A stretch of 52,288 nucleotides of DNA, counting the filler, from Catajapyx aquilonaris (lineage: Eukaryota), in the NCBI GenBank assembly GCA_000934665.2. It is 2 parts of 2 records of this genome, joined end to end, with 100 filler letters (N's around TTAATTAATTAA, not from the genome) between each part and the next. Parts side by side here need not be neighbours in the genome. Positions count along the whole stretch, not along the records: positions 1 to 26,108 come from JYFJ02005251.1; 1 more part is not named here. The stretch is one strand, 5' to 3'. Under the pieces are notes generated by a model. The model saw only the letters and a list, made by a program, of their open reading frames with translations, was not told the origin of the DNA and ran no database searches. The translations under genes were made by a program, and so were the position numbers. Shown here piece by piece: positions 10,085 to 23,819 of the stretch (position 1 is its first letter; each line of letters opens with the position of its first letter).

Positions 10085-11137
10085 AGTCTGGCATTTGGGA
10101 GTGTACCATCGGAACATCAATGCATGTTGGCGTCTGGATGGTCTTCGGCTTTGGCAGGAGGATTGGGAGTGGGAAGGCCGTACGTGGGCGAGGGAGTTCC
10201 TACTGGACGTGGTCGTCGGCCAGACCTGGAGAGGACACATCGTCCAGATCATCGTGAACCACAGCCCCTTCCGTTCCTACTTGGAGAGATTTCATCTGCT
10301 GCCGGATGGGGGCGGCGCTTGCCCGTCCGGAGGAGGGAGCCAGGACGCATCCTATGGGACTGCCAGCTGCCGGAGGTGGAGCAGGCATGGGGGGCCCGTC
10401 TAAGGGATGCTGTCAGTATAGAGGGTACGGCTGGCCTTGCTCCGGATGGGTGCTGCTGACCGGTCTGCGGATCGAATTCAACAGCTTCTGCCTGGTGGCC
10501 ACACGACACCTGGCGAGTGTCAACGATGGCAGGGGGGACACTGCCGATGGCCAAGCTGGGGGACGACATGGATGAAGAAGGGGCTAAGGAGGTCGAAGCG
10601 GGGGCGGGGGACCACGAGGGTCGGAGACGGGGATGGAATGGGAGGGGGAGGGAGACACAGAGGATGACAGGAGTATTCATGCAGACAACTACACACACCA
10701 GGCGGCCGGGGGATCAGGTGGGTGGGGAGGGCTCCGATGCTCGGTACGTGGTGGAATAGGGCCTGTATGCTCTATCGATGATAGCTAGGCAGGGATTAGG
10801 GTAAGTGCGGGAGGAACAGGATCCTGCTGGCCGGTACATGGGGCTCTAGTCTGGGAACCTGCCACCCTGTCTGTCGTCGGAGATGGGCAGGGGTGGGGGT
10901 GGGATGGTAACTTTCCCTTTGGGGCTCACCAGAGGCCTGGTAGACCAGGTGGAAGTCAAGTGGACTGGCGGATGAGATTGGGGCGTGCTCTGGACCTTAA
11001 AGGTTTGGGGCTCGATCCCGGGATGGGAGGCTCCACTTGTGGGACGTCCCCACCCTATGATGGTCGATTCGGAAGCGAACAGGTGGTACGCCCAAGGCAG
11101 ACCACGGTGTAGGGGACATGGAGTGATGCGCGCATAC
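10085..11137 (+). mobile_element. 3' fragment of non-LTR retrotransposon (R1-clade-like) with 3' UTR
   Basis: LWQEDWEWEGRTWAREFLLDV...QIIVNHSPFRSYLERFHL..CPSGGGSQD/ILWDC resembles the C-terminal CCHC region of R1-type ORF2. A piece of the UTR recurs at ~21229-21268. Boundaries approximate. Confidence 0.65.
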
Positions 11138-11139
11138 CA

Positions 11140-12068
11140 TGCATCTGCTTACTGATAGAGAAATTCTTTCCTCTTCCTACATCCTACTGGTAGCTGTGAC
11201 TGGATCAACCAAAGCAAGGATGAAGTTTCCTGGTATTGTGAGAATAATTGTCTTGTCTTCTTGGATGACTAATATTGAGGACTCCGGCCCACAAGGATGT
11301 ATGAATTATGGATCTCCACTTCACGTTCTACGTCATCTTGTGAAAGTACAAAAAACCCACCCACTAATTGGCATCATGCACACAGGGTACAAAATCTATG
11401 ACATGTTCAAACGCCACCGCTTCTTCTGAACACAATGAACCACAGATTCTTCAGATTCAGAAAACAATTTAGACTCCACTTTTTCTGTGCTGACTGGTAT
11501 GAATGCACGAAACTTCTGAGTCCCTGTTACAGCTGCAGCTTCATCGAATCGTGTCACTAAAAGTCTCTCTACTTCTAAGTAGTCATCATTTGAGACATAA
11601 AAGAAAGCTACTGAAGAACTATTATCCTTTCCCCACTGAAACGGCTGGAAAGGGGTCATGATTTGGTTTGAGAGAGGGTTCTGGAGGCTATCTTGGGCTG
11701 CCAGCCTCTTTACTGTCCCACCAACACCATCACACACCCCTTTTCCGTGTGTTGTTGAGTAAAATGCCGTCAGCGTCAATGTCATAGAAATCTCCCTGAT
11801 GACTGCACAAATTTGAAAAGTTCTTGCGGTTCTTATATTGTGCTGCTGAACCATCAGAGAAGTAATAGACTTTCTTTAAGTTAGGTAGACAGTCAGTTTT
11901 CAAAAAAATCTAGCAGTTTTCTTTGGAAAACATGAACTGGAACTGTGTTGTGAATCAAACAGTCTGAAATGAAGACACAACTCTTATGTTGTAGAACATC
12001 TTCACTGTCTTTGTAATAAACTACAAATGGATGAACTACTGTTGCTATCAAGTTGTTCCAACAGAAGC
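11140..12068 (-). pseudogene. Decayed DDD transposase, Sola2-like
   Basis: Across frameshifts: WNN..ATVVHPFVVYYK...FISDCLIHNT...YFSDGSAAQYKNRKNF...STTHGKGVCDGVGGTVKR...GTQKFRAFIP...FIHPCGP. Superfamily assigned from recalled motifs. Confidence 0.75.
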
Positions 12069-12979
12069 ATTAGTCATTTGAACAGGCAGGTGTCAGCAGA
12101 CAAAGGATGACTCACTGGAGGATGCAGGGAAGTACTTAGTGTCTACACTCTCTTTGATTTTATGTCACACATGACAGCATAGAGATACCACACTGAAATT
12201 TTCACTGAACCTTCAGTAGTGTGTGTACCAATATGGGTAAATTTTAGCAAAATTTAAAATTATACCGATTTTTGGAAAATGTAAAATGAAATTTTGAAAA
12301 GTTTCGAAAAACATATATGTCCTGAATAACCATGCAGGTTACATATCATATGAAAGCCCTCTTCATTGGCTTTAAAATGAGACCATTGCCAGCTCTGTAT
12401 CTGGAACTTGTCTGGGAAATCGTATTTAAAGGTTTGTAGGTGAGCGGTTTTTGGGAGGTTTTTCCAATTATTGAACATTCCAAAACTCAAAAACCAATGA
12501 CAGGAAAAAATGTTAAAAATCTTTTTGTCCATGTCAGATGGGAAGGAACAGGTATCCCAAAAATATTAGACAAATCCATGACATGGAGGTCCAGGTCACT
12601 CATTGAATTCACATACCAGTAGAATGCCTCTAACAGCATAATTATAAACCTACAATGACATCAATATTTCTGTAGAGAGGTGGGCGTCCACAAAGAGGTG
12701 CACACTGGTCCATGGACCATCACTGTGCCACAGAGGGCAGCAACTGACATGATGTTATGAATCGTAGCTTCCATTGCAAATGACTCCTTCCACATTTCCA
12801 TAATTTGTGCACAAAGGATGACACTATTCAACAACATTTTTACATCAGGGTCATGTCCAGCATCTACGCTTGGCATGGCATTTAAACTGTGGGTTAGAAG
12901 TAACTTCACTACCCTTCAAGTAGATTTCCCCTGATAGAGCAGGATCGCAGAAATCTCACAGGTGGATGTCATGTTGGCA

Positions 12980-14905
12980 GGATAATTCCATGTCAGTTCG
13001 GCCTGGCGATAGATGTCACCCTACATATTCCAATTTTTATGGCACACGTGTTAAGATCGACATCAGTATAGTACTGTACTGTACGCAAGAATATTTTTAA
13101 GTAGCCGTTGAGCAGAGGTCAATAGGTCAAAATGAAATTTAAAAGGGATATGTTACGCCATTTTTTTCTAATATCTTCGGAACTATGCATGCTATAGGAG
13201 TGTGAGAAATATTATGTCATTTTATTCGCAACATTACCGTATATGTACGAGAATAGTAGAATCTACCAAATACAGTACCTTTATTGATTTTTGCAAACTG
13301 CGCGCAGAAACCCAGAGGTCAGTGACGTGACCTTTGACCCTTGCGTACGGTGACGTGTGGGATAAATCTTTTTAAAAACCGACGTGCATCTAGGCTATAC
13401 CTAACTCCTTTCAGGAAAAAAAGCTTACGATTGCGAAAACGTTTTGTTGACGAAAAAATTATTCCGAAACGCAACCCCACCCGGCCCACACACATCCTTC
13501 CCTTCCTCACTCACTTACGTTTACTGCGCGGTATAGCAAAGATCTTGGCAATGCTCGCGTCAGATATTTCAGCCAGTGCCATGCTCACACAGTTTCCCAT
13601 AAATATAATAATAGCATAGGAATGCAACATGTATTTTCGAAAAGAAAGCAATATAGGCTACATTGTACACTGTACAGACTATGACAAGGAAATAATCTCT
13701 TCCAGCAGAATATTGATTTTACGCGATGTATCATGATTGTATGGATAACATTTCGTGGAAGATTTTCTTTGAAAAGTTTATACTCACGTCAGCATTTTTC
13801 AAAACTGGTGACTGTAGACTGAGTTGTGAAAATTATTCGAGCACTTGAATTATTTGCCACTTTTCATGATTGAAATGACCACAGAAAGTCAAGTGAAGGA
13901 ACCTTTCGCAATTGTAAATCTGAGCATCTTAATAGCCTGCAAGATCTTTAAGCAGGAAACGTGAGCGAGAAAGGGAAGGATGTGTGTGGGCCGGGTGGGG
14001 TTACGTATCAAAATGATTTTTTCTTAAGCAAAACGTGTTCGCAATCGACGCTTTTTTTTTCCCCCTGAAAGGAGTTACGTACAGCCGTGACTCGAGAGTC
14101 AAGTGGGTTTTTAAAAAGATTCCTCCAACACGTCATCGTCAGCAAGGTTCAAAGGTCACGTAACTGACAACCCCCCCGATTTCTGTACATTGTTTACTCT
14201 GCTAAAATCGATAAAGGTATGTGGTAGATTCTACATTTATAATGTTGCAAATAAAATGACATCTTTACCATACTCCTAGCATGCATAGTTCCGAAGACAG
14301 CAAAAATGGCATAACATGCCCCTTTTTAAGTTCATTTTGACCTATTGACATCTGCTATACTTGAAAATACGTACAGTAGCCTACAGTATAATACTTATGT
14401 CGATCTTAACACGTGTGTCAAATTTGGCAAAAATTGGAATATGAGCCACGGAGGTCGGTTTGGAGCTAGCTGGTTTTGCTTGAAAAAAAGGGGGTTTTTC
14501 CACAGAAATTATTGTTTAACACTAATATGGAGTGTTCAAATGCTTATTCCACCACACACGAGACAGTCTCATGTATATGTTTCATATACTGTAGATGCGG
14601 AAAAAAACTACATTTAACACATTTAACTCGATGAAAAATGTATATCGCATTGATATGCAGACAAATTTGGATCTAGCTGCTTTTGCATGAAACAAACTAT
14701 GCTTAGGACACGTATATTTGGATCCATTTTATACCCATTTCTAGGTGGCTGTGCTACACTATATTTGGGTCCTAGGTAGAGGACAACATGGAGAATCCAA
14801 TGCCACTTCAAACTCATTTTTTACCACGGTAGGATATAGCTGATTTTGCTTGGGAGCTCCTCATGTAAGGTGACATCGCCAGGTCGAACTGACATGGAAT
14901 TACCC
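12980..14905. mobile_element. Non-autonomous DNA transposon with ~530-bp TIRs
   Basis: 12980-13514 is the inverted counterpart of 13961-14905 (termini GG(A/G)TAATTCCATGTCAGTTCG). The right TIR is interrupted by a 420-bp insert (14443-14862, AT duplicated). No clear TSD. Confidence 0.85.
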
Positions 14906-15040
14906 TTTCCAAGCAAAAAATTAAGATTTATAGGTAGCAGCGGGTAGCAGAATGTAATTCTCATTAATAAAAGTTAATTTCATGACAATTTATGCGTTGG
15001 AATAGCTGTAGCATTGTCATTTTTTTCAATAAACTAGTAG

Positions 15041-15231
15041 CGGACCCGTTGGCATATTGCCAAACCCCAAGTGGCCCCCCGCAACATAACCAAACCAAAC
15101 CTAACCTAACCTTTCTTGTGGATTCACGCCTATCCTCAGCGTATATAGAGCTAATCAGCATAGAGGACCGGTTGCTGGGACCACTTGGGATTTGCCAATA
15201 TGCGACCCGTTGCCAAATTTTGTCAACACTG
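15041..15231. mobile_element. Small element with 33-bp inverted repeats around a CCTAA-type microsatellite
   Basis: IR 15052-15085 / 15171-15203, direct repeat GACCCGTTG(G/C)CA, and AACCAAACCAAACCTAACCTAACC at ~15088-15111. Confidence 0.55.
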
Positions 15232-16546
15232 TTTGGCCCACCCCCCTACTTGGACGCAGTACAATAGGCCACTGCCAGTTGGCGCATTTGCTGTCCTTCT
15301 TCACACTCTCAGGGAGAAAGTAGTACTGCATGCACGTTGGTAATGAGTCACTCCGTGAACAAAGTCCACCAGGGCGCTATACTACTTTCCTCTGTTCAAC
15401 AATATATTAGAGGACAGAAGTGAAATCGTTTGTTATTTGTTTATAGGGGGGAGTCACACATTCTCAATTATGTACATGATGTAGGCCCCTACTGCTTTTT
15501 ATTTTTGGGGGGCGTTATTAAAAGAAAAGTTGTTGTGCAAATGGCCGAAACACGCCTCATGATGGTGCGGTGAAAAATTTCAAAGATCTACCTGGAGTCC
15601 TAGAACGCAATTTTAGTTATGGCGAATAAAAAAGGCGCCCCAAGATGTATAGGAAAAATTCCACTGTTGAAAAGGTACACACTATGGTCATACTTATGGG
15701 CTACCTCCCCATAAAAGAGGCATGTAGGGAGGTGACTGAACTCGACTCGAAGCGAGGGTTTTTCTAGTAAGCTTATCTGATTAATTAAGTTATTTGTCGT
15801 TGGTGTTAGGGAAACTGAAAAAAAAGTTTGTCATTTTGACATAGAATGGCTGACGTAGAGGATCGTATCACTTATACTATTGACAAAGTATCAGTATTAT
15901 TACTTTTTGCCGCTATAAACGTTTTATGTTTCTGTAAATTTGTTGTGTAATGTTGGTCACATTTTCACCCTATTTCATAATCAAGTGTATGCTTCTTCCA
16001 AGAGTACAACGATTTGCCGTGACTATGGCATTGCCACCAACTATATACGACAGCCTATCATCGTGTTTTATGAATTAGAAGCCTGTTTCTTTTAGCTGCC
16101 TCTCTACTACTATCTTAATGGAACTCTTTCCCACTTCTGTTTTATTTGCTGCTGCTTCCCCACAAAGCTGGAAGTTACGCTCAATAATAAACGAAGTTTG
16201 AAGTGTTGTAGAGCCTACTGGGAAATTTCTAGGCTCTCGCTTTTCAAGATTTCGCCACTATTAATTATTTACTCTGTAGAGATTCAGCCATTTTGTGGCT
16301 TGTGACAAGTTTGACACCGTGTTTGACACGTACATTTTTCCAGAAAAAAAAATCACTTGTAATGAAGGCACGTAGACGGGGTGAGTGGATTAGCTGGCGG
16401 CTCCAGAAGTTAATATCATGGTAAGCTGACGTTTTAATTAGTTTGCAACGCTGGCTTTCAACTTCGCAATTATTTTGAAGCTGGTCTAGAAAATGTCAAA
16501 GTCTGCGAGTGAACCTGAGAAAACTGCATGGTGGTCACCAAGTTAT

Positions 16547-16897
16547 TTTTTAATTTTTTAAAAATTTTATTACCCCGTCCGTGATACAACTACTGGAAGT
16601 CGTTTTATAGGGGGGTGGCAGACCACCATAAGTTTTCTAGTATGGTTTATTTCGCTCTCCAGTGCAGGGAATCAAGGACGTGTAGGCTGTAGGGGAAGGA
16701 AAGGGATTTTCGGGGGAGGGGACATGGGTGCAAGTGCAATGTCAAGCGCTGGCCATGCGCCAGGAGGTCAGGTTGCCAGATACCTCCAAGTTGCGGGTCA
16801 GAGACCCTTCTGACGCAGCCAAAAGGGAAATCCCGGGCGGGGATCGAACCCGGGACCTTTCGATCAGCTAGCCCATCTCGGCCAACACACCTCCCCC
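16547..16897 (-). mobile_element. tRNA-derived SINE family B, copy 1
   Basis: A-box TGGCCGAGATGG, B-box GGTTCGATCCC, A-rich tail, 14-bp TSD GGTCACCAAGTTAT (16533-16546, 16898-16911). Homologous to 37035-37386. Confidence 0.9.
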
Positions 16898-19869
16898 GGT
16901 CACCAAGTTATGGGCGGGTCAAAAACATTTGGCGTTTTATATTATTGCTACTTCCTGATGGTTTTCATGGCATAATGTTCAAGACGCCATAACTCGAGGT
17001 TACTGATCTAATTCCAGGACCTAGCTGAATTTTCCTCTCAAAATTATTCGAGTGTAGAGGACACCCTTCACAAAGTCAAAGTTTTCTACATCTTTGACAT
17101 ACGGAGATAATAGAGCCCTGTAACACAGACCCTTCTGGTCATGAGCCTTTGCATGTCCACCATAAAAGTGGTCCTAATGATGCACGACGTTACAGTTAAT
17201 AAAGAAGGGAACGGGTCACCCCCCGCAGTCACATACGAATAATTGGGTTTCCAGTTGACATGCGAGGTAGTTTGCATCTGAGACTAATAGCCGGAGCGGT
17301 TTTCATTTTTGTGCGTTTTTTGTGCGTCTTTTTTTAGAGCTAGCGAAGAATCGATTGATTGCGCAGGGAAGAGACGCTATTTTCCAGACTTCCATTTGTT
17401 TCCATTTAAAAGAGCGTATACCATATGTCTTCATAACGTTTCATGAAAGCATCACAATGATGTAACCTTTTTGAGGCCATTCGTCGCTATTTTATTACTA
17501 TTTACTTGCAAATACGAATGTGGGTGTGAGGGAACTTTCATACTGGAAACCCTTTAACATATAGTCTCGTTGAATGGACTGCGCGGATTTCAAAGGGCGG
17601 TTTCTGCCTGCGAAAATGGAGTTAATTGGCGTATTCTATTTCTGATGCCCAGGGGCACTGTGCATCCCGGCCCAGGTAGAGAAAAGTGTAAATAGATTTC
17701 TACAGTAGTTATATGCATAATTAGCTTAATTCCCCTAGGATTAAATATGCAAAGAATAGCCCAATTAACAGTCCTTGCGTGGTTTCATGTAGACCAAATA
17801 AGACTGTTTCATCGAAGGCTTCCAATAACGAAGACATCCAAAGTGAGTCTCCAATCACTCCTAATCGTGGTACGTAACTCTCGTCTGCAAAAGTTTTCTA
17901 TAACTGAATACCCCACCGCCGCACTTTACCAAATAACCTTGAGGTCCTTATCTAAACGTGGACCCCCAAATGAATTCCATCCTCGGGGGCCTGCAAAAGA
18001 AAATAGCTCACTTCCGGCAGAGTAGTCAAAGAGTGTTTTTGCACTTCCACCTGATTGGGAGCCCCCACCAACCTGGTCGCAACACCCTGTATATCCTCCT
18101 GAGACAAAACGGAAATTCTTGTATAACAGGTATTTAATTAGCGCTCACTAGTCCAACAAAGATAGACTGGATCCCATTTTAATTAAGGGTAGCAATTGCG
18201 GCGTAGACGTGATTAATCCTTAGGAATTAAGACCCAAGGTATTTGCCTCTAAGTCACTTACATCTCTTCGCTTAATCTCGTCTTTCCGGCAATTATCCGA
18301 GAGGCGGGGTCAATTTCCCAGCTTTTCGGGGAGGGGGGCGACCTTTTTGTTATTTAGATACGGTTCCCATCAGGTTGAAAGCCCCCCAAAATTCTGCGTG
18401 GGAGTCTTAGAAATCGAAAAAAATGGGGGAGCGGGCATGGGAAAGATACACAGTGCCTCAAAAGAGCTTTCATAATTCATGGGGGTCTAAGGATTATTGT
18501 GGTAACGGGCTGATTTGCATACCGCGTGTTTGCAGAGGTCGATTAGGCGGAAAGAGCTCCAGATATCAACCATTTTGCAGTCCGGGTTCGTGCATAAGGA
18601 CTTTAATGTGTTTTGAAATAAGTAGGCGGAAAGTTGTGGCAGAGAGGGCATTGTTTTACTTTGGTAATGACGTGCCAGGCAATAATTTAAGTCAGGTGTA
18701 GGTTCTGTCAATAGTCTGCATGCCTGAGGATAATTATTGCACTCTGAGGTCGATTAATAAGTTTGTACTTCTTTCGGGTCTATTTGAATACGCCTGCTGA
18801 TCCAAGCCATACCTTGTTGAAGAAGAGTCTGGGTGCAGGAAACAGTTCAGCAGCGTACAAAAAAAAATTAGTTTGAAAAAATATTGCCCCAAAATTCAGG
18901 CAATTCCTAAATACAGCTGCAAGGCCTCTTTTGCGCCATTTTCGCTCCAGAAGCTAATTAATAAGAGTGCGAAAACACTTCTTACAGTATGATTAAGGGA
19001 GGCGGCATATTCAAAGAGGTTCGTGTAACCACTTCCTTTTGAGTGTAATGGCTCGGATTAAGAGACGGGACAAAATTTCGGTCATAGCAGGTGCCATAAA
19101 AGCTTGCCGTCTTCTGTGAAGGCTTACAGGGCTTCAACCAGTAGAGGAAGAGACTTAGAGATAACGTCACCTGTGAAAATCTGGATGGTATATTACGTTA
19201 TATTATCAATGATGTTACACACTGTAAAAAAAAAACATACGAGGCCAAGCAAACTGCATTGAGGAAGTACTAACAAGTGACCATAAAGCTCAGATGGTGG
19301 GACGATGTGTTTGCCCCTTTTGGATAGTCTTACGGTTAAACGAGAGAGGCATTTGAGTTATCTGACTCTCAGGATGAACTTTTCTTTCGCCGGAAAATAC
19401 GGTACTGGTTACGGTATTGTGTCAGTGCCTTTGGGAGTATTTCATTCCGCCGCGCCAAATAACAATTATTTAAATAAGAACAGTAATATTTATGAGAATC
19501 CCAATTACATTTTTGCTTATTCTCACATTTACAACACAAAGTTTATGCTACTATCTCGTAGTCCCCATAATTAAAACATTTAATTTAAAGAGGACTTAAT
19601 TTGATACTTATTTTTTCATGAAATATCACTTCACAATGTTTTAGGGGTTTACTGGGAAAAGTATGTAAGTTCCTAGCTCTCTGACTCATATCGCCTGGCT
19701 ATTTCGCCAATTTCCTAGTCCTCTCATTAGTTGCCATGACAATTCATTTCATCCACAGATTGACCTTCCAAATGCCCAGAGCTAATATTGTTATCATTAT
19801 CTCTATATTTCCGCATTAACATGTTGACAAAATGTAATCGCAGGAACCTTTTTGAATGAATAATAATTA

Positions 19870-20457
19870 CACTGTACTCCCGATTATCCGGGCTAATTAC
19901 TGCATTAGTGTTGCCGGATAATCGGCAAATGGTCAAATAGAAACCGTAAAAAATGAGCTATTCACAGACTTTTCAATGTACTTTAATTTGGGGGCTTAAC
20001 GTCGGCCTATTTCTACTGCGAGGCTAATCACCGACGCGACGCCATGCCAGGGGGTGATCCTCCTCTTGGAAATTTGGCCACTCTGGGGATCTTTAACGTG
20101 CACTCGCGCAATGTCACAAGCACACGGTACCGAAGGCTTTACTTTCCCTCCGAAGGAAGGCGCACTCTCACTTCTCTACCACCCGACCGCGGCTGGGTTC
20201 GAACCCACAACTTTGGGACCAGAGGCGAGCGCGCTAACCACCAGTACACCGGCACGGGCTTTCCATGTACTACAGTATAGAAAGTATGCTGCTTGGTTGA
20301 TGAATCAAAATAATAAAACTTACCGTAGATTTTTGCTTTGTCGTCTTAAAGAAGTCTGTTATTTTCTTCGTTAGCGAGACATATACTACACTAATTTTAA
20401 ATTTTACTTTTTGGCGATGCACGGATAAGCCTCACCCGGATAGTCGGGAGTACAGTG
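19870..20457. mobile_element. pogo/Tigger-like MITE (interrupted by a SINE)
   Basis: TA TSD and 23-bp TIR CACTGTACTCCCGA(T/C)TATCCGGG. Confidence 0.82.
19983..20259 (-). mobile_element. tRNA-derived SINE family C with Nin/Deu-like domain
   Basis: B-box GGTTCGAACCC; core CCTTCGGAGGGAAAGTAAAGCC...TGCACGTTAAAGATCCCC resembles the Nin/Deu domain as recalled; TSD TTTC(A/C)ATGTACT. Confidence 0.8.
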
Positions 20458-22957
20458 TATAAAACAACCGGTTTTACTGCGAAAGTTTGAAATACTTTTC
20501 CTGCGACTGTTTCCATTACGCAAAAGTAGCAAATCAGTGTTTATCAAAACAGAGATTAGGGTTGTAGCCTACAGGATATTAATTTTGGGATTCAAAAGTT
20601 GGAAGCTAATTTGATAACTGAAAGGGTCGTCCCCCACAGATGCAACACGCCTACAACTGAGGAAATAAATCATCATCATCCTCGTCGTAGTCATCGCCAT
20701 CACGACCCATATTATTTCCCCAGTCAGCGATGCAGGAGTTGACACAAGTAAACTCACAGCTACAAAGGCAAATATTAATACAAACTCTTGCACAACAATT
20801 GTAAACAAGTCGATAAATCCCTACTAACCACAACCTATACAATCTAGACCTAGCTTATTCATATGCATTTATATTAATAATAATGATAAATATGAAGAGC
20901 TAATATGCAGAACGACCAGCGTCCCATTGAACTGATTTCAAGATATGAGGCTGCCCGACAAAAAATACCGTTCGAGTACTACATTACACAATGTCTAACC
21001 CTATTTTGACCTCAATGTGACTATGATCGTTCTACATTTTAGCTATTTATATTATTTTATTAAATGCATTTTTGGGTGTTCTGGTCGTTTGGAGGAGAAT
21101 ATTCTAGTCACTTGGAGGAATTTAAGAGTTACTGATTCCTCTTCCAGGGGGGGGGGGGACACTTAATTTCTCAAAGTACNCAAAGTACCGCGTTGCATAG
21201 TGTAATATTTAAATTTAATATTGAGAGTGTGTCGTCTGAGATGGGCAGGGGTGGGAGGCGGGATGGGTTGTATAGAGGTTTATTTTTACAAGTTTTACTT
21301 TAGTTCATATTTTGGGTTAGCTTGTGGATCCCGTCATCGCTGACTACCCCTCATAGGGAAATGTCGTGATGGTGATGATGGTTTAAACATGATGTTTAAA
21401 AATAACTCCCCACATTTCTTGCAGGAATCTTTCCATGCCATTAAACCTAGAGCTACATCAGTAGCCACTGCTGCAGGGGAAATAATGATGGTACATTATT
21501 TCCCCAACTTTAATCGCTGATAAAGTTTCATATAATGATATACCATCATAGCCCCCGGAAAGGTAGTCCCACCCACTCTATATATACGTACAGAGTTCCA
21601 TAAAGGTACAAAACAAGCCAGAATATCGTCAGAAACCATACAAAAAAAGGACTAATAAAAGCATGCACGAAGAGGGAATGAGAGCATTTTCAGGAAGTTG
21701 TGGGTGGTGCATCCCATTTTCACAATGATCAGTGTCCGTTTTGGACCATTCCGCAAAGCTCCACGCTTTCCCGCCAATTGACTCCGATTAATGCGGTTAC
21801 GCGGATTCAATTGTCCCTTCTCGAATTCGCGCACTGGCGTACATCCCACACAACCTCATTTGACATTTTGGTGGAAAACAAGAGCTAGCAATACTATAGT
21901 TTTGTTGTTAAGGTTACAAAGCCATATAACACTCCAAGCAAATTTCGTAACCGTCCCTATGCAGTAAATGGCCCTTTATTATTGGTTTGTGAAGCTTTTT
22001 TCTCTGACAATGGAAATTTAAAGGAACGAGCTTTTTTTTTAGTAGGTCGGGAAGAATGAAAGATAATTTAATATTACTCTTTCATTACAAGTGCAGTTGC
22101 TTGAGTTCCTTCCCGTGGAAGCGGAGTTCTTTTGTGTCTTTTTTTCGCACAGTCATTAGGTTTCTGCTGTTGTAGATATTTTTTGTTCCTTTGACCTCTA
22201 GGGTGTCATTTCACCCCTTTCCTAATGTTTGTTGAGATCTGGAGTCGGTTATTAGGCTTTTCTTACAGCCGAGGTATTTATAGGTGCATATTAAAGAACA
22301 CCTACATATGGTATTATACCTTATCGTTGTTTCGCTGGCACTAACCTGTCGAATCGGGATTCCCCTACCCTCGTTAATACTCTCAGGATAATATGTATAG
22401 CAAAATCACACAAGGTATCAACGCAGTAAAAATGGTAGCAGTATATTATGCTAGTTCTAATTCCTGCAGTGTGACTTCCGGTATGACAAATAACATTTTA
22501 GAAATGCAATTACAAGATTGACGTTTCCTCTTTACTCTTACGTAGTTTGGAGTATTTCTGTACTCAATCGGTCACGATAGGAAATGGATCATAATATTAT
22601 GCAGTGATTAAGATGAATGAATTATTAGCTATTATGTAAAAATGCATAAGAGGAATTTATAAAATCATCTCGAGCAGTTATTACATATAATGCCATGAAT
22701 AGGTAGGATACTTGCAACATGTAACTTATTTTAGTAAAAATATGTGCCCGATAAATAATCGCCATTTATGGATCAATTATGTGCTTTAATTTTTAACCTT
22801 TTACATATTGGAGGCCTCTGATATTTTATAATTTGTACAGTACATGGGAAGACCATGATTAGCCCTATTCCACTTTGGATTAGGCCATCGACGCGACTTA
22901 CGCGTTCTTAAAATGCTCATCAAACTTACCGGTAGTTATTTGGAAGCAAAGGGTTAA

Positions 22958-23056
22958 CCACTCGACTGTAAAGTGTACACTGGAGTACCAAAGAGTAAAG
23001 TACATAAGGAGTACCTGGGAGTACCACTGCAGGTGTACACAGGAGTGCCGAAGTGG
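22958..23056. mobile_element. Tiny TTAA-flanked (piggyBac-like) MITE
   Basis: TTAA|CCACT...GTGTACAC...GTGTACAC...AGTGG|TTAA; imperfect TIR. Confidence 0.45.
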
Positions 23057-23819
23057 TTAACCCCTTGTTTGGAAGTATCAGGTGCTCTCCCTTCATTCAC
23101 GTCTAGTAGTTCAGCCACAATTCATTCGATAATTCATTACAACACTATAGATACTACCGTAGGTCAGGAAAGGGTTACATTCGTTCGATCTGCTTACTAC
23201 GACAGTTGGTATCGCTGATGTTGTACCACCACGAGTAATATCCAGTATCAGGCAGCACTTCAGAAATGAATTGAAGGACGGGACTATACGAGAGTCGGAG
23301 AATCGAATTACGAGCGGCTTTTAGTTGGCTTTTGTGACACACTACGCACAATTACAGCAGCCTCTTTCTCTCTTGCCCTGCTGGTCCTTTTCCTCCGGAA
23401 TAATCCCATGCTCACGGATCATTAACACAACCCCAGTCTTTCACTTAGGTATGCAGGATACCGTTGAAAATTATGAACACCAAATCCAACATCCCATCTT
23501 TTCAAAATATTACTGGGTTTAACTTTGTGGTGTCAGAAATGCGCATGGTGTGCTTTGAAAATCAAGCACAGTACGGCTTTACTTGGCTTAACATAATATT
23601 ATAGGTTGGGTCTGTAGACTAAACCGAGACATTATAGTACATCCTACTCTTCTGCTGTACATAAGCTATATTTAAGCTGTGGCTTAACCTAGTGTAATTG
23701 GGATTACACTAGTGCAGAGTAATGACGAAATCACTGTTTTCAAAGATTTAATTATTGGCTTTATACTGTATATCAGGTAGAGTTTATCACATTTAATTTG
23801 AAAATTAATCTGCAGTGTA

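Noticed and set aside
15088..15111. True telomere or telomere fusion site
   Set aside because: Only two to three perfect CCTAA units, embedded in a small repeat element.
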